Shown here in pieces: positions 26,681 to 35,858 of a stretch of DNA of 41,214 nt. Origin of the DNA: Armatimonadota bacterium. GTDB lineage: Bacteria > Armatimonadota > UBA10988. The DNA is taken from positions 1 through 41,214 of the forward strand of contig JACRKZ010000133.1 in NCBI GenBank assembly GCA_016235455.1, read 5' to 3'. Position 1 is the first letter of the stretch. The number at the start of each line of letters is the position of its first letter. Under the pieces are notes generated by a model that worked only from the letters and a program-made list of their open reading frames with translations, had not been told where the DNA came from and did no database searches. The position numbers and the translations under genes were made by a program.

Positions 26681-28768
26681 ATGCTGGTGACCAAGCGCAT
26701 CGTCATGCTGGCGCTCATCGCCGCTTGCCTGGGCTCGGCGAGCGGCCAGGAGGTCGGCGCCATCCGGCAGGCCGTGGTCGACAAGCCGGAGCTGCTGGCC
26801 GGTGCCATCGCCGTCACGGACGGGCGGCGGGCCAACGACGTGGTCTGGCTGCGGCTGACCCAGGCGCAAGTGCCCGAGCCCTCGGCGCAGGCGCTGCGGG
26901 CGTGGGTGAACAACGGCGGCACGCTGTGGACCGAAACCGACGCCGCCGCCGTCTTTGGACTGCGCGTCTTGCGGCCCACGATGCGCGAGCTGTACGGCCA
27001 TGGCCGGCGCGCCTGCGCGCCGATGGCCTCGCCCCTGGTGGCCGGGGTCAACGATATCTGGTACCGCCTGGAGCCCACGGCGGCGTTCCTGGGGCCGGAT
27101 CCACGGCTGCTGGCACTGCTCCGCGTGGCCGACCCCACCGAGCCGCCCACCGTGGCCAAGCTGGTCTCGGCCGAGCTCTCGTACGGCAGCGGCCGGGTCA
27201 TCCACCGGCCGTCCGAGATCCACCAGACGCGCGCCGACGGCAAGACCTTCGAGGCCAACCTGCGGCTCGGCTCGACGCCCAGCCTGGACGAGGTGGTCAT
27301 CCCGGTGGAGACCCTGACCGCCACCCAGAAGCGCTGCGCCGAGACCGTCGCTCTGGTGGCCAAGCCCGAGCAGGCCGCCGACCTCAAGAATCGACTGCTC
27401 AGCGTGTTCCTCGCCTACCGCCTGTGGTGGGCCGAGCATCTGACCAACTCAGGCAAGTTCGATGACGCCTTGGCGCAGTTGCGAGCGGTGGCCGCCGATC
27501 TGCCTCAGGATCCCGACGTCTACCTCGCCGTGGCGCACTGGAACGAGCGGCAGAACCGGCAGGAAGCCGCGGACCAGGCCCGCGGCCAGGCCACCGCGGC
27601 CTACGCCGCCGCCAAACGCGCCATGCCCAGCGCCGACACCAAGCGGCTGCGCGTGCCCTGGTCCAGCTTCGTGCTGAGCGTGAACGCCGCCGGCGCCGCC
27701 TGGGACAAGCCCACCCGTGAGAACGTGGCGCTGGTGGCCGCGCGCACGAACCACCTGGTGGCGCTGGACAACTACCGACGTGGCGAACTGGCCACCGCCG
27801 AACGGCTCTGGCAGGAAGCCTTCCGCTCCCGGCCCGACCAGTCGCTGACGCCGTTCTACCTGGGCCTGACCTACCGCACCTGGGCCGATGACCCGCGAGC
27901 CTCGGGCCGCGAGCGGGTCGCCTGGTACAACACCGCCGCCGGCTGGTTCGATGCCACGTGCCTGCTGCCGCCGACCACCGAACTGGACGCCCCGGCGCTG
28001 GGCCAGGCCCGCAATCTGGCCGAGACATCGCGCAACGGCGCGGTGCAGAGCGCCAAGGAGCCGCCCGACGTGCTGGCGCGCGGCGGCTTCATCTACCGCT
28101 ACGACGCCGCCGACCCGCGCTTCCGCACCAGCCCGCTGCTGGCCAGTCTGCAAGCGTCGTTCGACTCTGCCTACCAGGGCGTGGCCCAGTATGGCGTGTG
28201 GCTCGACCCCACCGAGGTGCTGCTGCCCACCGACGACTTCGCGCTGCGCACCATGCTGCCGAGCACCGGCGTCACGCGCCAGATCTATCCCACCTCGGCC
28301 ACCGCGGGCCGACGCATCTACCTGGCCGGCACGCCGCTGACCCTCGACCGGCAGTGCCGTCACGAGTTCGTGCGAGTGGTCTGCAATGCGCTGACGGAAG
28401 GCGGTTTCCCGCCGCCGGTGTGGTTCGAGGTGGGCCTGGCCAGCAGCGCCGAGAACGACGACTACCGCTCGCGGCTGGCCGGCATCAACATCCGCGGGGG
28501 CCGCGTCATGAGCATCGAGCAGCTCAACGATGCGCAGAACCTGCGCAGCCGCGACGCGCTCGACCACTGCCTGGGCCAGTCGGAGTTGATGGTCAAGGCA
28601 CTCCTCGTACGCTTCGGACCGCAGACCGTGGTACCGTTCCTGATGAGCATGGGCTGGGGCGCTTCGCCCGAGGTGGCCTTCGTCAACTGGACCGGCCTGG
28701 GCCAGGCGCAGTTCCTCACGGCGTGGGTGAACGGCCAGTTCGGCGCGCCGGGCAATGGGCCGCGTTGA
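26681..28768 (+). CDS. Secreted TPR-containing protein with C-terminal peptidase MA-like domain (degenerate zinc motif); start ATG 26681 or GTG 26687
   Basis: GAGGAG RBS, signal peptide, ALRAWVNNGGTL (GATase-like), TPR-like helices, then RHEFVRVV...PPVWFEVGLA...QSELMVKALLVRFG. Confidence 0.75.
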   Translation: MLVTKRIVMLALIAACLGSASGQEVGAIRQAVVDKPELLAGAIAVTDGRRANDVVWLRLTQAQVPEPSAQALRAWVNNGGTLWTETDAAAVFGLRVLRPTMRELYGHGRRACAPMASPLVAGVNDIWYRLEPTAAFLGPDPRLLALLRVADPTEPPTVAKLVSAELSYGSGRVIHRPSEIHQTRADGKTFEANLRLGSTPSLDEVVIPVETLTATQKRCAETVALVAKPEQAADLKNRLLSVFLAYRLWWAEHLTNSGKFDDALAQLRAVAADLPQDPDVYLAVAHWNERQNRQEAADQARGQATAAYAAAKRAMPSADTKRLRVPWSSFVLSVNAAGAAWDKPTRENVALVAARTNHLVALDNYRRGELATAERLWQEAFRSRPDQSLTPFYLGLTYRTWADDPRASGRERVAWYNTAAGWFDATCLLPPTTELDAPALGQARNLAETSRNGAVQSAKEPPDVLARGGFIYRYDAADPRFRTSPLLASLQASFDSAYQGVAQYGVWLDPTEVLLPTDDFALRTMLPSTGVTRQIYPTSATAGRRIYLAGTPLTLDRQCRHEFVRVVCNALTEGGFPPPVWFEVGLASSAENDDYRSRLAGINIRGGRVMSIEQLNDAQNLRSRDALDHCLGQSELMVKALLVRFGPQTVVPFLMSMGWGASPEVAFVNWTGLGQAQFLTAWVNGQFGAPGNGPR

Positions 28769-28837
28769 CAGCCCGCGCCGGCGTCACTAGAATCGGCGGC
28801 AAACGCGCTTTGGGAACGGTGTAACTGGATGGCGGCA

Positions 28838-29620
28838 ATGAGCGACGATATTCGGCCCCTGATGGACGACTGGCCCTATGACCCGCACGAGGAGATGATG
28901 GTCCGGCGGATCGTGGCCAACGACGGTCAGCCGCGCCTGCAGATCCGGGTCGAGCTGGGCATCCTCGAATTGCACATCACCGGCCGGCCCGACGGCCGGC
29001 AGCCGCACGGCTTCCCCACGCTGCTGGACTATCACCTCGACCGCGCCCGGCGCGAACTCAAGGAGCCCGACGGCGAGCGCTTCGAGCTGACCCATCCCGA
29101 ATGCCGCGAGCTGCAACGCGAGGCCATGCAGTTCTACCATCGTCGGGTGAGTTGGATGCGGCTGGGCGAGTTTGCCTTGGCCGTGGCCGATGCTGAGCAC
29201 AACCTGGCGGTCATGGATATGCTGCGCGAGCGGGCCGCCGACCGCGAGGACTGGCTCGAATCCGAGCAGTACCGCGCCTTCGTGCTGAGCCACCTGACCC
29301 GCGCCAAGGCGCTCGATCTGCTCAATCAGAGCCATCGCGAGGCCGCCATCGATGCTCTGGATGAAGGCATCGAGACCATCGAAGCCATCTTCAGGCAGGA
29401 CTACGAACGGCCCGAGCTGGTCGACCACAACACCGACTTGCAGGGCTTGCGCGAGCTGCGGCGCTCGCTCATCGAGCGGCCGAACGCGCCGGTGGGCATT
29501 CGCCGCGAGAGCGACCGCGAACGGCTCATGCGCGAACTGGCCACGGCGGTCGAGCACGAGGATTACGAACGCGCCGCCGAGCTACGCGACGCACTGTCGC
29601 AACTCAAGACGCAGGCCTGA
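28838..29620 (+). CDS. UvrB/UvrC-motif-containing protein
   Basis: LQIRVELGILELHITGRPDG.RPHG, ELQREAMQFYHRR, and C-terminal LATAVEHEDYERAAELRD (UVR motif). Start at MSDD 28838, or 28829. Confidence 0.85.
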   Translation: MSDDIRPLMDDWPYDPHEEMMVRRIVANDGQPRLQIRVELGILELHITGRPDGRQPHGFPTLLDYHLDRARRELKEPDGERFELTHPECRELQREAMQFYHRRVSWMRLGEFALAVADAEHNLAVMDMLRERAADREDWLESEQYRAFVLSHLTRAKALDLLNQSHREAAIDALDEGIETIEAIFRQDYERPELVDHNTDLQGLRELRRSLIERPNAPVGIRRESDRERLMRELATAVEHEDYERAAELRDALSQLKTQA

Positions 29621-29650
29621 GCCCCAACCGGCTTGGCCCGCGGTCTCCGT

Positions 29651-31371
29651 CTATCGCGGCGGTGGTCGGCCGATCAGCGAGCCGCTCTGCAGGGCCATCT
29701 GCGACAGCCCGCTCTCCAGCACGTACGGCGACGGCTCCGGTCCGCCGCTGATCCCGCGTAGTTGCCAGACGCCAGCCTCGTAGCGCACTTCGCTACCGGC
29801 CCACGGCTGCACCTCGAAGCGTAGCCGCGACGGCCGGAAGGCGCTATCGATGGGCAGACTGCCCGTGTCGTAGACCAGCCGGCCTTCGGCGTTGAGCAGC
29901 TGGCCGCGTACACCGTGGCGCGGGTCGTAGCCCAAGACCAGCCTGAACCGTCGCCCTGGCCCGAGCGCCGGCGGGAAGGTTTCGCGCACCGTATCGTCGT
30001 CCGTCCCGCGGTACTCCAACACCAGCCGCGGCTGGTTGGCCGGCACGTCGCCGTCGTTGTCGCCGTGCGACCAGCGCAGGCCCAAACTGCCCTCGCCGTC
30101 GAGGTGCACGCCGCACTGGCCGTAGAAGTAGGCGCGGCCCAGGTCCAGCGTGAAGGCCATCTGCCACGGGCCCTCGAGCACGCGTCCGAGCGGAAGCGTG
30201 CCGCCATTCACCTGGCCCTTGGCGCCGGCCTGGCCCTCGGCGGCGCGTGTCACCGTCAGCGCTGCTGGGTCGGGCAACGGCTCGGCTCCACGACAATGTC
30301 CGCGCCGGCCACGGTCACCTTGGCGTCGGGCGCCACGGTCGGCACCATCTGCAGCTGCGCGCCGATGCGCACCCTTACATCGCGCGCCGGCAGGCAGCCG
30401 ATGTTGTGCATGACCACGCCGGTCGCCGAACGCGTCACGCGCAGCGCCGGGCCGAGGAAGTAGTCGTAGACGGCGCGGTCGACGGCGCCCATCATGCGCG
30501 GCGTGGTGGTGTGGAAGAAGGCCACGCCTGGCATCTCGGGCCGCGACCAGCGCAGATAAGCGATCTGCCGGCGCACCTCCAGGTGCGTGGTGGCCCAGTC
30601 GCGCAGGCCCAGCACGGCCACCGCCTTGTCGGGGCAGACCGCCGCCGCCGAGCCCACGCGGTCGTCGAACACGCCGTAGCCACGCCAGTCGCCCACGTAG
30701 GTCTCGGCCAGGACCAGGTCGGATACCTTCAGCCCGGCAATCATTGCCTCGCCCTTGGCCGCCAGGCAGTAAGGCGCCAGGAACAGATCGGGCCTCGCCG
30801 CGCGCGCGCCGAGCAGCGCCTGGCCCATGACCTGGTCCTTGGGGTCACCGGCGCCGAATTCGTCGATCATCACGCCCGGCGTACCGGCCAGCTCGGTGGT
30901 CCAATGCTGCACCCAACTCGCCGCCTCGGTCCAGGTGGGATGCGCCAAACCGTATTTCCAGGCCAACGGCCACACCCCGCGCGCCAGCCAGTCCTCGGCC
31001 CGCTCGCCACGGCCCAGCAGCTTGCTGGTCACCCACTTCTGGGTCGGCGGGCAACTCCAGTAGTTGAAATGCAGCCGGCGCGGCGTGACGAACAGCGTTC
31101 GGGATGGCGAACGCTGTTCACCGACACGGGCGGTGAGGGTCACCTGGCCCAGCCGGGTCGGCGTCCAGTCGAGCGTCTGCCCGGCGGCCACGACGCCCAG
31201 ATCGCGCGTGCCCGTCTCGTCGCCGAGGGCGATGGTGGCCGGCTGATCGGCGTCCGTGCCGAGGTGGACGGCCTGGCCGAGCACCGGCAGCGCGTCGGAG
31301 ACGCGCAGCGTTGGGGCGGCTTGGGCGAGGGCGACGCCGAAGAGCAGAACTACCGGTGACAGGTGGCGCAT
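29651..31371 (-). pseudogene. Secreted hypothetical (GH-like) protein split by a frameshift at ~30280 into ORFs 30256-31371 and 29651-30277
   Basis: Signal peptide MRHLSPVVLLFGVALAQA and GVMIDEFG motif. At the junction the minus strand reads GTG GAGCC GAGCC GTTG; deleting one GAGCC gives ...DIVVEPLPDPAAL in one frame. The second ORF has no RBS or signal peptide. Confidence 0.65.
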
Positions 31372-31449
31372 GGCGCGGAGTTCGCCGCGCGGACCCATCG
31401 CTCCTTCCCGGTGTCGCTCGCGGCGGTGCTACACTGCTCACAGAGAGCG

Positions 31450-31687
31450 ACGACGAAGCAGGTCTACAACGTCGCCTTCGAGCCCGGGCGAGAGCGGCTG
31501 GATTCTGGCGCGCGTGCCAGAGATCGCCGGCGCGGTCAGCCAAGGCCGCACCACGGCCAAGGCGCGCTAGATGATCGCCGACGCCGTGCAACTGCTGCTC
31601 GAGGTGCGCCTGGAAGATGCTCGGGCGGGCACCGGCTCTACCGCCCCACCTCCAGCCGTCGCACCACCAACTCACCCCCGAAGTTGA
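31450..31687 (+). pseudogene. hicB: HicB-family antitoxin remnant (ACG in place of start, +1 frameshift, internal TAG)
   Basis: (T)TKQVYNVAFEPG / ESGWILARVPEIAGAVSQGRTTAKAR*MIADAVQLLLE. TAG at 31568-31570, extra base near 31489, TG-N-TACACT box at ~31427-31435. No hicA nearby. Confidence 0.8.
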
Positions 31688-33872
31688 TCAGCCGCAGGTC
31701 CGAGCCGCTGTTCTGCCGATGGTCAAGCTTAGGGTTGGGCAGCGTCACCTTCAGTGTTCGCCACTGGCCCGACCCACCCAGCGTGACACCTTCGGCGAAC
31801 GTGTACGGGCCCGTCTCGGAGTCGTACTCGATCGCGAACCGCCCGGTCAGGTCGAGATACTCGATCGTCAGCGTCAGCGGCTGGCCCGGCCGGCGCTCGT
31901 AGCGGTCGTTCACCGCGTAGTAGACGTACTTGATCTGCCCCGCGTCGAGCTTTTGCCGAGCCACGCGCGAGCCCTCGCGGTCGACCAGCTCCCACGGCCC
32001 GTCGGCGGCGCCGCGCAGCGTGAGTCCGCCGTTGGTGCGGTCGGCCTGCCAGGTCACGCTCGGCGCCGGCCAGGCCGGCAGCCGGTGCTCGCCCTGGCGC
32101 TGGGCATAGCGCTTGGCCAGCAGCATGAACGTGTAGGGGTCGACCACGCGCACGTTGGACTCGGGGCGCGCCTTGCCAAGCGCGTCGATGAACTCGCGAT
32201 GCCAGCCGGGGTGGTGCAGGATGGTGCGGTAGGTGATGAAGTCCCAGCCCTCGGCCTTCAGCGTCGATGCCTGCTGCCCGGCGGCCTCCTGCGGCGAGCC
32301 GCCCAAGTCGCTGCGCATGCGCACATACGGCATATCGCCGTGCACGCCGACACTACCGATCTTCTGCGCCACGATGCCCTCGGGCGCGAACTGGGCATAG
32401 GCGTCCAGCCCGGCATCGCTCATGCCGCGCGCGAAGCCGTCGATGACGAAGCCGACAATGCCCAGGTCCCAGCGTCTGGCGTAGGGCTGGTTGTGCGCCA
32501 CCCAGGCGGCGAGGCCCGAGGGCAGCCCGCTGTGCGGTCGCGGCGGCTCCAGCGCGCCGGGATTGAGGTAGCCCGCGCCGGAGTCGCCGGTGATGAACCA
32601 GTCGTTCGGCGTGGCCGATATCCGCGCATAGTGCAGCGCCGGGGCCATGCGGGCCTGGAGGTTCGGGTTCAGCGCCCAGCCCAAGGGCACGCTGCCGCGC
32701 GTCGGGTCGTCCCAGCGCTCGGGGAACATCTGGTACAGCCAGGCCGCCGCATCGTAGTCGCCCACGTAGAACATGATGTAGCTGCCTTGGGTTACCAACC
32801 CGTTGGCATCGAGCAGGCCCCGCGCCTTCAACTCGGCCTCCGTCGGCCGCGCCGTCTGCGGGTAGCGCTCGCGCAGCGGGAAGTGCTGATGGAACGAGCC
32901 GTTGACCAGCCCGCAAGGCCCCAGGGCATCAGCATCCATGTAGGCGTTGTAGGCACTGAGGATCTCGGCGTAGCGCCACTCGGTGGCCACGGGCTCATGC
33001 TTGCCGCCGGCTTCGGCGAAGTTGGTGTACTTGAAGGCCCACGGCACGAACCCGCCGACATGCACCATCTTGCCGCCGTTGCGACCGTAGGCCGAGCGCA
33101 GCAGTTCGTTGAGCGTCCGGTAGTCGCTGCCGACCGCCTGCGCGCGGTCGTCGACGGGCGTCTCGTCGTCCCACGGCAGCAGGTCGAAGAAGAGCGCGCG
33201 GTGGGCGATGAAGTAGTCGTGGTTGGTCAGCGTGCAATTCTGGTGGCCCACATCGCGCCGGGCGGTGAGCCATGCCTGGTCGATGTAGTAGGCCATGACG
33301 GTCGGGTCGCAGCGGCCCGTGTCCAGATACTGCTCGCGCGCCCAGCGGTAGGCCTCGGTCTTGGTGTGCGCCACGCCGCGCAGGTCGCGCACCACCTTCA
33401 GCCGGCCCGAGCCGACCAGGCGCGCATACAGGCTGCCGGCTGACGCATCGAAGCGGATGGGCAGCAGATCCTCGCAGCCGGCCACGGTCGAGGCCAGATT
33501 GGAGCTGGCGGCGAGGTCGGGGTCATAGACGACGACGCCCCGGTACGTCGCGGCATAGCGCGTCAGCAGCGCGTCGAGCGAGGTCTCCTCAACCATGGGC
33601 CGCGCGGCCAGCCACTCGCCGGGCGCGCGCATCTTGGCCAGCCAGTAGTCGTCCCAGCGCGCGATGAAGCGCACGTAGAGGCGGGCAGAGTCACGGTTGA
33701 CCAGCCCTTGCAAGCCCGAAAGGAGGTGCAACTCGTCCCACAGGCGGCGGCGCTGATCGGGCTGGCCCAAATCGAGTTGGGTCAACGGGGTCGCGTCGTA
33801 GCGCACGACCGGTTCGTCGGGCGCGCTAGCAGCCATCATCAGCAGCAGTGGCAAGGCCAGGGGCAGCGGCAT
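31638..33872 (-). CDS. GxGYxYP-motif putative glycoside hydrolase (secreted)
   Basis: Start MPLPLAL at 33872. LQGLVNR..RLYV, YIMFYVGDYD, RGSVPLGWALNP, DSGAGYLNP. C-terminal beta domain (LTIEYLD..G.FAIEYDS). Confidence 0.85.
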   Translation of the reverse strand: MPLPLALPLLLMMAASAPDEPVVRYDATPLTQLDLGQPDQRRRLWDELHLLSGLQGLVNRDSARLYVRFIARWDDYWLAKMRAPGEWLAARPMVEETSLDALLTRYAATYRGVVVYDPDLAASSNLASTVAGCEDLLPIRFDASAGSLYARLVGSGRLKVVRDLRGVAHTKTEAYRWAREQYLDTGRCDPTVMAYYIDQAWLTARRDVGHQNCTLTNHDYFIAHRALFFDLLPWDDETPVDDRAQAVGSDYRTLNELLRSAYGRNGGKMVHVGGFVPWAFKYTNFAEAGGKHEPVATEWRYAEILSAYNAYMDADALGPCGLVNGSFHQHFPLRERYPQTARPTEAELKARGLLDANGLVTQGSYIMFYVGDYDAAAWLYQMFPERWDDPTRGSVPLGWALNPNLQARMAPALHYARISATPNDWFITGDSGAGYLNPGALEPPRPHSGLPSGLAAWVAHNQPYARRWDLGIVGFVIDGFARGMSDAGLDAYAQFAPEGIVAQKIGSVGVHGDMPYVRMRSDLGGSPQEAAGQQASTLKAEGWDFITYRTILHHPGWHREFIDALGKARPESNVRVVDPYTFMLLAKRYAQRQGEHRLPAWPAPSVTWQADRTNGGLTLRGAADGPWELVDREGSRVARQKLDAGQIKYVYYAVNDRYERRPGQPLTLTIEYLDLTGRFAIEYDSETGPYTFAEGVTLGGSGQWRTLKVTLPNPKLDHRQNSGSDLRLINFGGELVVRRLEVGR

Positions 33873-33987
33873 GTCGAGCTCCGAGCGCACAATTGCCCGT
33901 GGATGGCGCCACGCCTTCTTGGCCAGTTGACCGTAACAGCGAGCGCTCTCCGCGTCACCACGACAGAAGGCGACGGCGAGGACTGAA

Positions 33988-34335
33988 CTGAGACGCTGGC
34001 TTGGTGGCGTGGGACGCGCGAGTGCGTGGCTGTGCTTGGCCGCGATGGCGATCGCGGGCAGCGCGCTGGGCTGCCCCTGCGATAACGACCGTCAGGAGCT
34101 CTGCGCACCGGGCAGTTGCGGCCCGTCACCGGACTGTGCCTGCTGCGATCCGCTGCTCGTCCGCCACCATTCACACCAGCCGGTGGTCTGCACGGCCGCC
34201 GTCATCGTCGATACCGCGGTCGCCGCGCCGCCCGACCTGCCCCGACCCAGGCCCGAGCCACTCGCGGCCGCGGCCTGCCTGCCCCTGGTCCACCTGCCCG
34301 CCCGACGAGGGCCCCCGGTGCCTGCCGCTGACTGA
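33988..34335 (+). CDS. Exported Cys/His-rich leader peptide with C-terminal RRGPP arrest-type motif (DUF2946/CutF/CruR-like); start CTG 33988 or GTG 34009
   Basis: (MRRWLGG)[21 protein letters not shown] signal/TM, then CPC...C...C...DCACC...HHSH, a Pro-rich linker, and [16 protein letters not shown] lies 5 nt before CTG 33988. Stop is 55 nt before the next gene. Confidence 0.75.
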   Translation: MRRWLGGVGRASAWLCLAAMAIAGSALGCPCDNDRQELCAPGSCGPSPDCACCDPLLVRHHSHQPVVCTAAVIVDTAVAAPPDLPRPRPEPLAAAACLPLVHLPARRGPPVPAAD

Positions 34336-34386
34336 CCACCCCGACCGCCCGACATGGGCGGTCGCGTTGCCAGCACGAAAGGCACC
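34317..34386 (+). promoter_or_regulatory. Putative RBS-sequestering mRNA structure linking the leader ORF to the pilin-like gene
   Basis: GGTGCCT (34317-23) pairs with AGGCACC (34380-86, within the AAAGG RBS). GCTG (34327-30) pairs with CAGC (34371-74). Inner 9-bp hairpin CGACCGCCC-GACAT-GGGCGGTCG (34342-64). Confidence 0.6.
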
Positions 34387-34390
34387 ATCA

Positions 34391-35038
34391 ATGTCCCATC
34401 AGCAGCGCGGGCGCCGCTCGTCCGCTTTCACGCTCATTGAGCTGTTGGTCGTCATCGCCATCATCGCGATCCTGGCGGCCATCCTGTTCCCCGTCTTCGC
34501 CAAGGCGCGTGAAAAGGCACGCTCCACCAGTTGCCAGTCGAATCTGAGGCAGATCACACTGGCCACGGCACAATACACGCAGGACTACGACGAGAAGGCG
34601 CTGTGCTTCGACCGCGCCTCAGGCTACTCGTGGTTCAGCCCACTGCAGCCGTACATCAAGAGCGCGCAGGTGTTCGTCTGTCCCTCGCTGGGCAGTCGGC
34701 CGGCGAACATCACGGTGCGCACCGATTACGTCGTGAACGGCCTGTTCTGCTGCTTCGCCATGTCGGTCGCGGACTTCAAGACGCCGACAGAGCAGATCCT
34801 GTTCGCGGAGCGGGCCCGGGCCGCCAACGAGGAGGAGTACCACGCGTACTACCTGGGCACCGGCGCGCCCATTGTGGAGTACCAGAATCTGGACCCGGCA
34901 CGCCACCAGGACGGCGCGAACTACGCCTTCGTGGATGGTCACGTCAAGTGGCTGAAGTGGGGCTCGACGCTGGCTCCCAGCAACAACCCCAACATCGGGC
35001 CGACGCTACACAATCGCGAAAACTACCCGGCCCCCTGA
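34391..35038 (+). CDS. Prepilin-type N-terminal cleavage/methylation protein with DUF1559 and H-X9-DG domain
   Basis: [55 protein letters not shown]...YTQDYDE...VFVCPS...[17 protein letters not shown]. Confidence 0.95.
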   Translation: MSHQQRGRRSSAFTLIELLVVIAIIAILAAILFPVFAKAREKARSTSCQSNLRQITLATAQYTQDYDEKALCFDRASGYSWFSPLQPYIKSAQVFVCPSLGSRPANITVRTDYVVNGLFCCFAMSVADFKTPTEQILFAERARAANEEEYHAYYLGTGAPIVEYQNLDPARHQDGANYAFVDGHVKWLKWGSTLAPSNNPNIGPTLHNRENYPAP

Positions 35039-35049
35039 CCAACCGCTGC

Positions 35050-35079
35050 GGAGGGCGTCGACCGCGGTCGGCGCCCTCC
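35050..35079. terminator. Hairpin between the convergent pilin-like and carbonic anhydrase genes
   Basis: GGAGGGCGTCGACC-GC-GGTCGGCGCCCTCC, near-perfect palindrome. Confidence 0.6.
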
Positions 35080-35088
35080 AGGCCGGTC

Positions 35089-35787
35089 CTACTCCATCCA
35101 GTCGACGCGGCCGCTCTTGAGGTCGTAGATGCCGCCGGCCAGGCGCACATTTGCGCCGCCGATGGCCTTGAACAGCACGGGCCGGCTGGCCGCCAACTGC
35201 GCCATCACGTTGCTCACGTTGCACTGCACGGCGTTGGCCAGCGGGTCTCCCTGCAGAGCGCGGCTGCGCACCACGGCCGGCGTGATGGCGTCGATCAGCG
35301 AGCCCACGTAGCCCTCGGGCCGCGCGCGCTTAGCCAGCGACTCGATGGTGGCCTTGACCGCGCCGCACTCGCTGTGGCCGAGCACCGCGATGGTCGGCAC
35401 GTGCAGGTGCTCCACGGCGTACTCGACCGAACCGACGCTGGCCGCGTCGAGCACCTCGCCTGCGCTCCGCACCACGAACAGTTCACCGAGGCCGGCATCG
35501 AAAATGAGCTCGGGCGGCACCCGCGAATCGGAGCACGCCACGACCACGGCATAGGGGTGCTGCCCCTCGAGCAGGTGCTCACGCCGGCTGGCCGACTGGC
35601 CGGGATGCTGCGGATGGTCGGCCACGAAGCGGGCGTTGCCTTGCTTGAGCCGGACCAGGCCGTCGCGCACATCCGTGTCGGGCTCGGAACCGACCTTGAC
35701 CAGCGAGACCGCGACGAACAACGCGGCCAGCCCCACCACCAGCACCAGGGCCAGTGTCTTGACCTGGTCTCGTTCCCTCTGCATCAT
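35089..35787 (-). CDS. Beta-class carbonic anhydrase with N-terminal membrane anchor
   Basis: LKQGNARF, GQHPYAVVVACSDSRVPPELIFDAGLGELFVVRSAG, VLGHSECGAV. Hydrophobic LALVLVVGLAALFVAVSLV. GGAGG RBS 9 nt before ATG 35787. Confidence 0.93.
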   Translation of the reverse strand: MMQRERDQVKTLALVLVVGLAALFVAVSLVKVGSEPDTDVRDGLVRLKQGNARFVADHPQHPGQSASRREHLLEGQHPYAVVVACSDSRVPPELIFDAGLGELFVVRSAGEVLDAASVGSVEYAVEHLHVPTIAVLGHSECGAVKATIESLAKRARPEGYVGSLIDAITPAVVRSRALQGDPLANAVQCNVSNVMAQLAASRPVLFKAIGGANVRLAGGIYDLKSGRVDWME

Positions 35788-35858
35788 GGCGTTCATCCTC
35801 CCAGCACCGTCCATTGTCGCACGGATCGCGCTATCATCAACCGCCGGAGGCCAGGGCG

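Noticed and set aside
4418-31570. TAG recoding (pyrrolysine or alternative genetic code) suggested by in-frame TAGs in vapC and hicB
   Set aside because: Many intact genes here end at TAG exactly where their families end (e.g. 5809, 6833, 22670, 36500). The two TAGs replace different expected residues (Trp, Glu), and hicB has other lesions.
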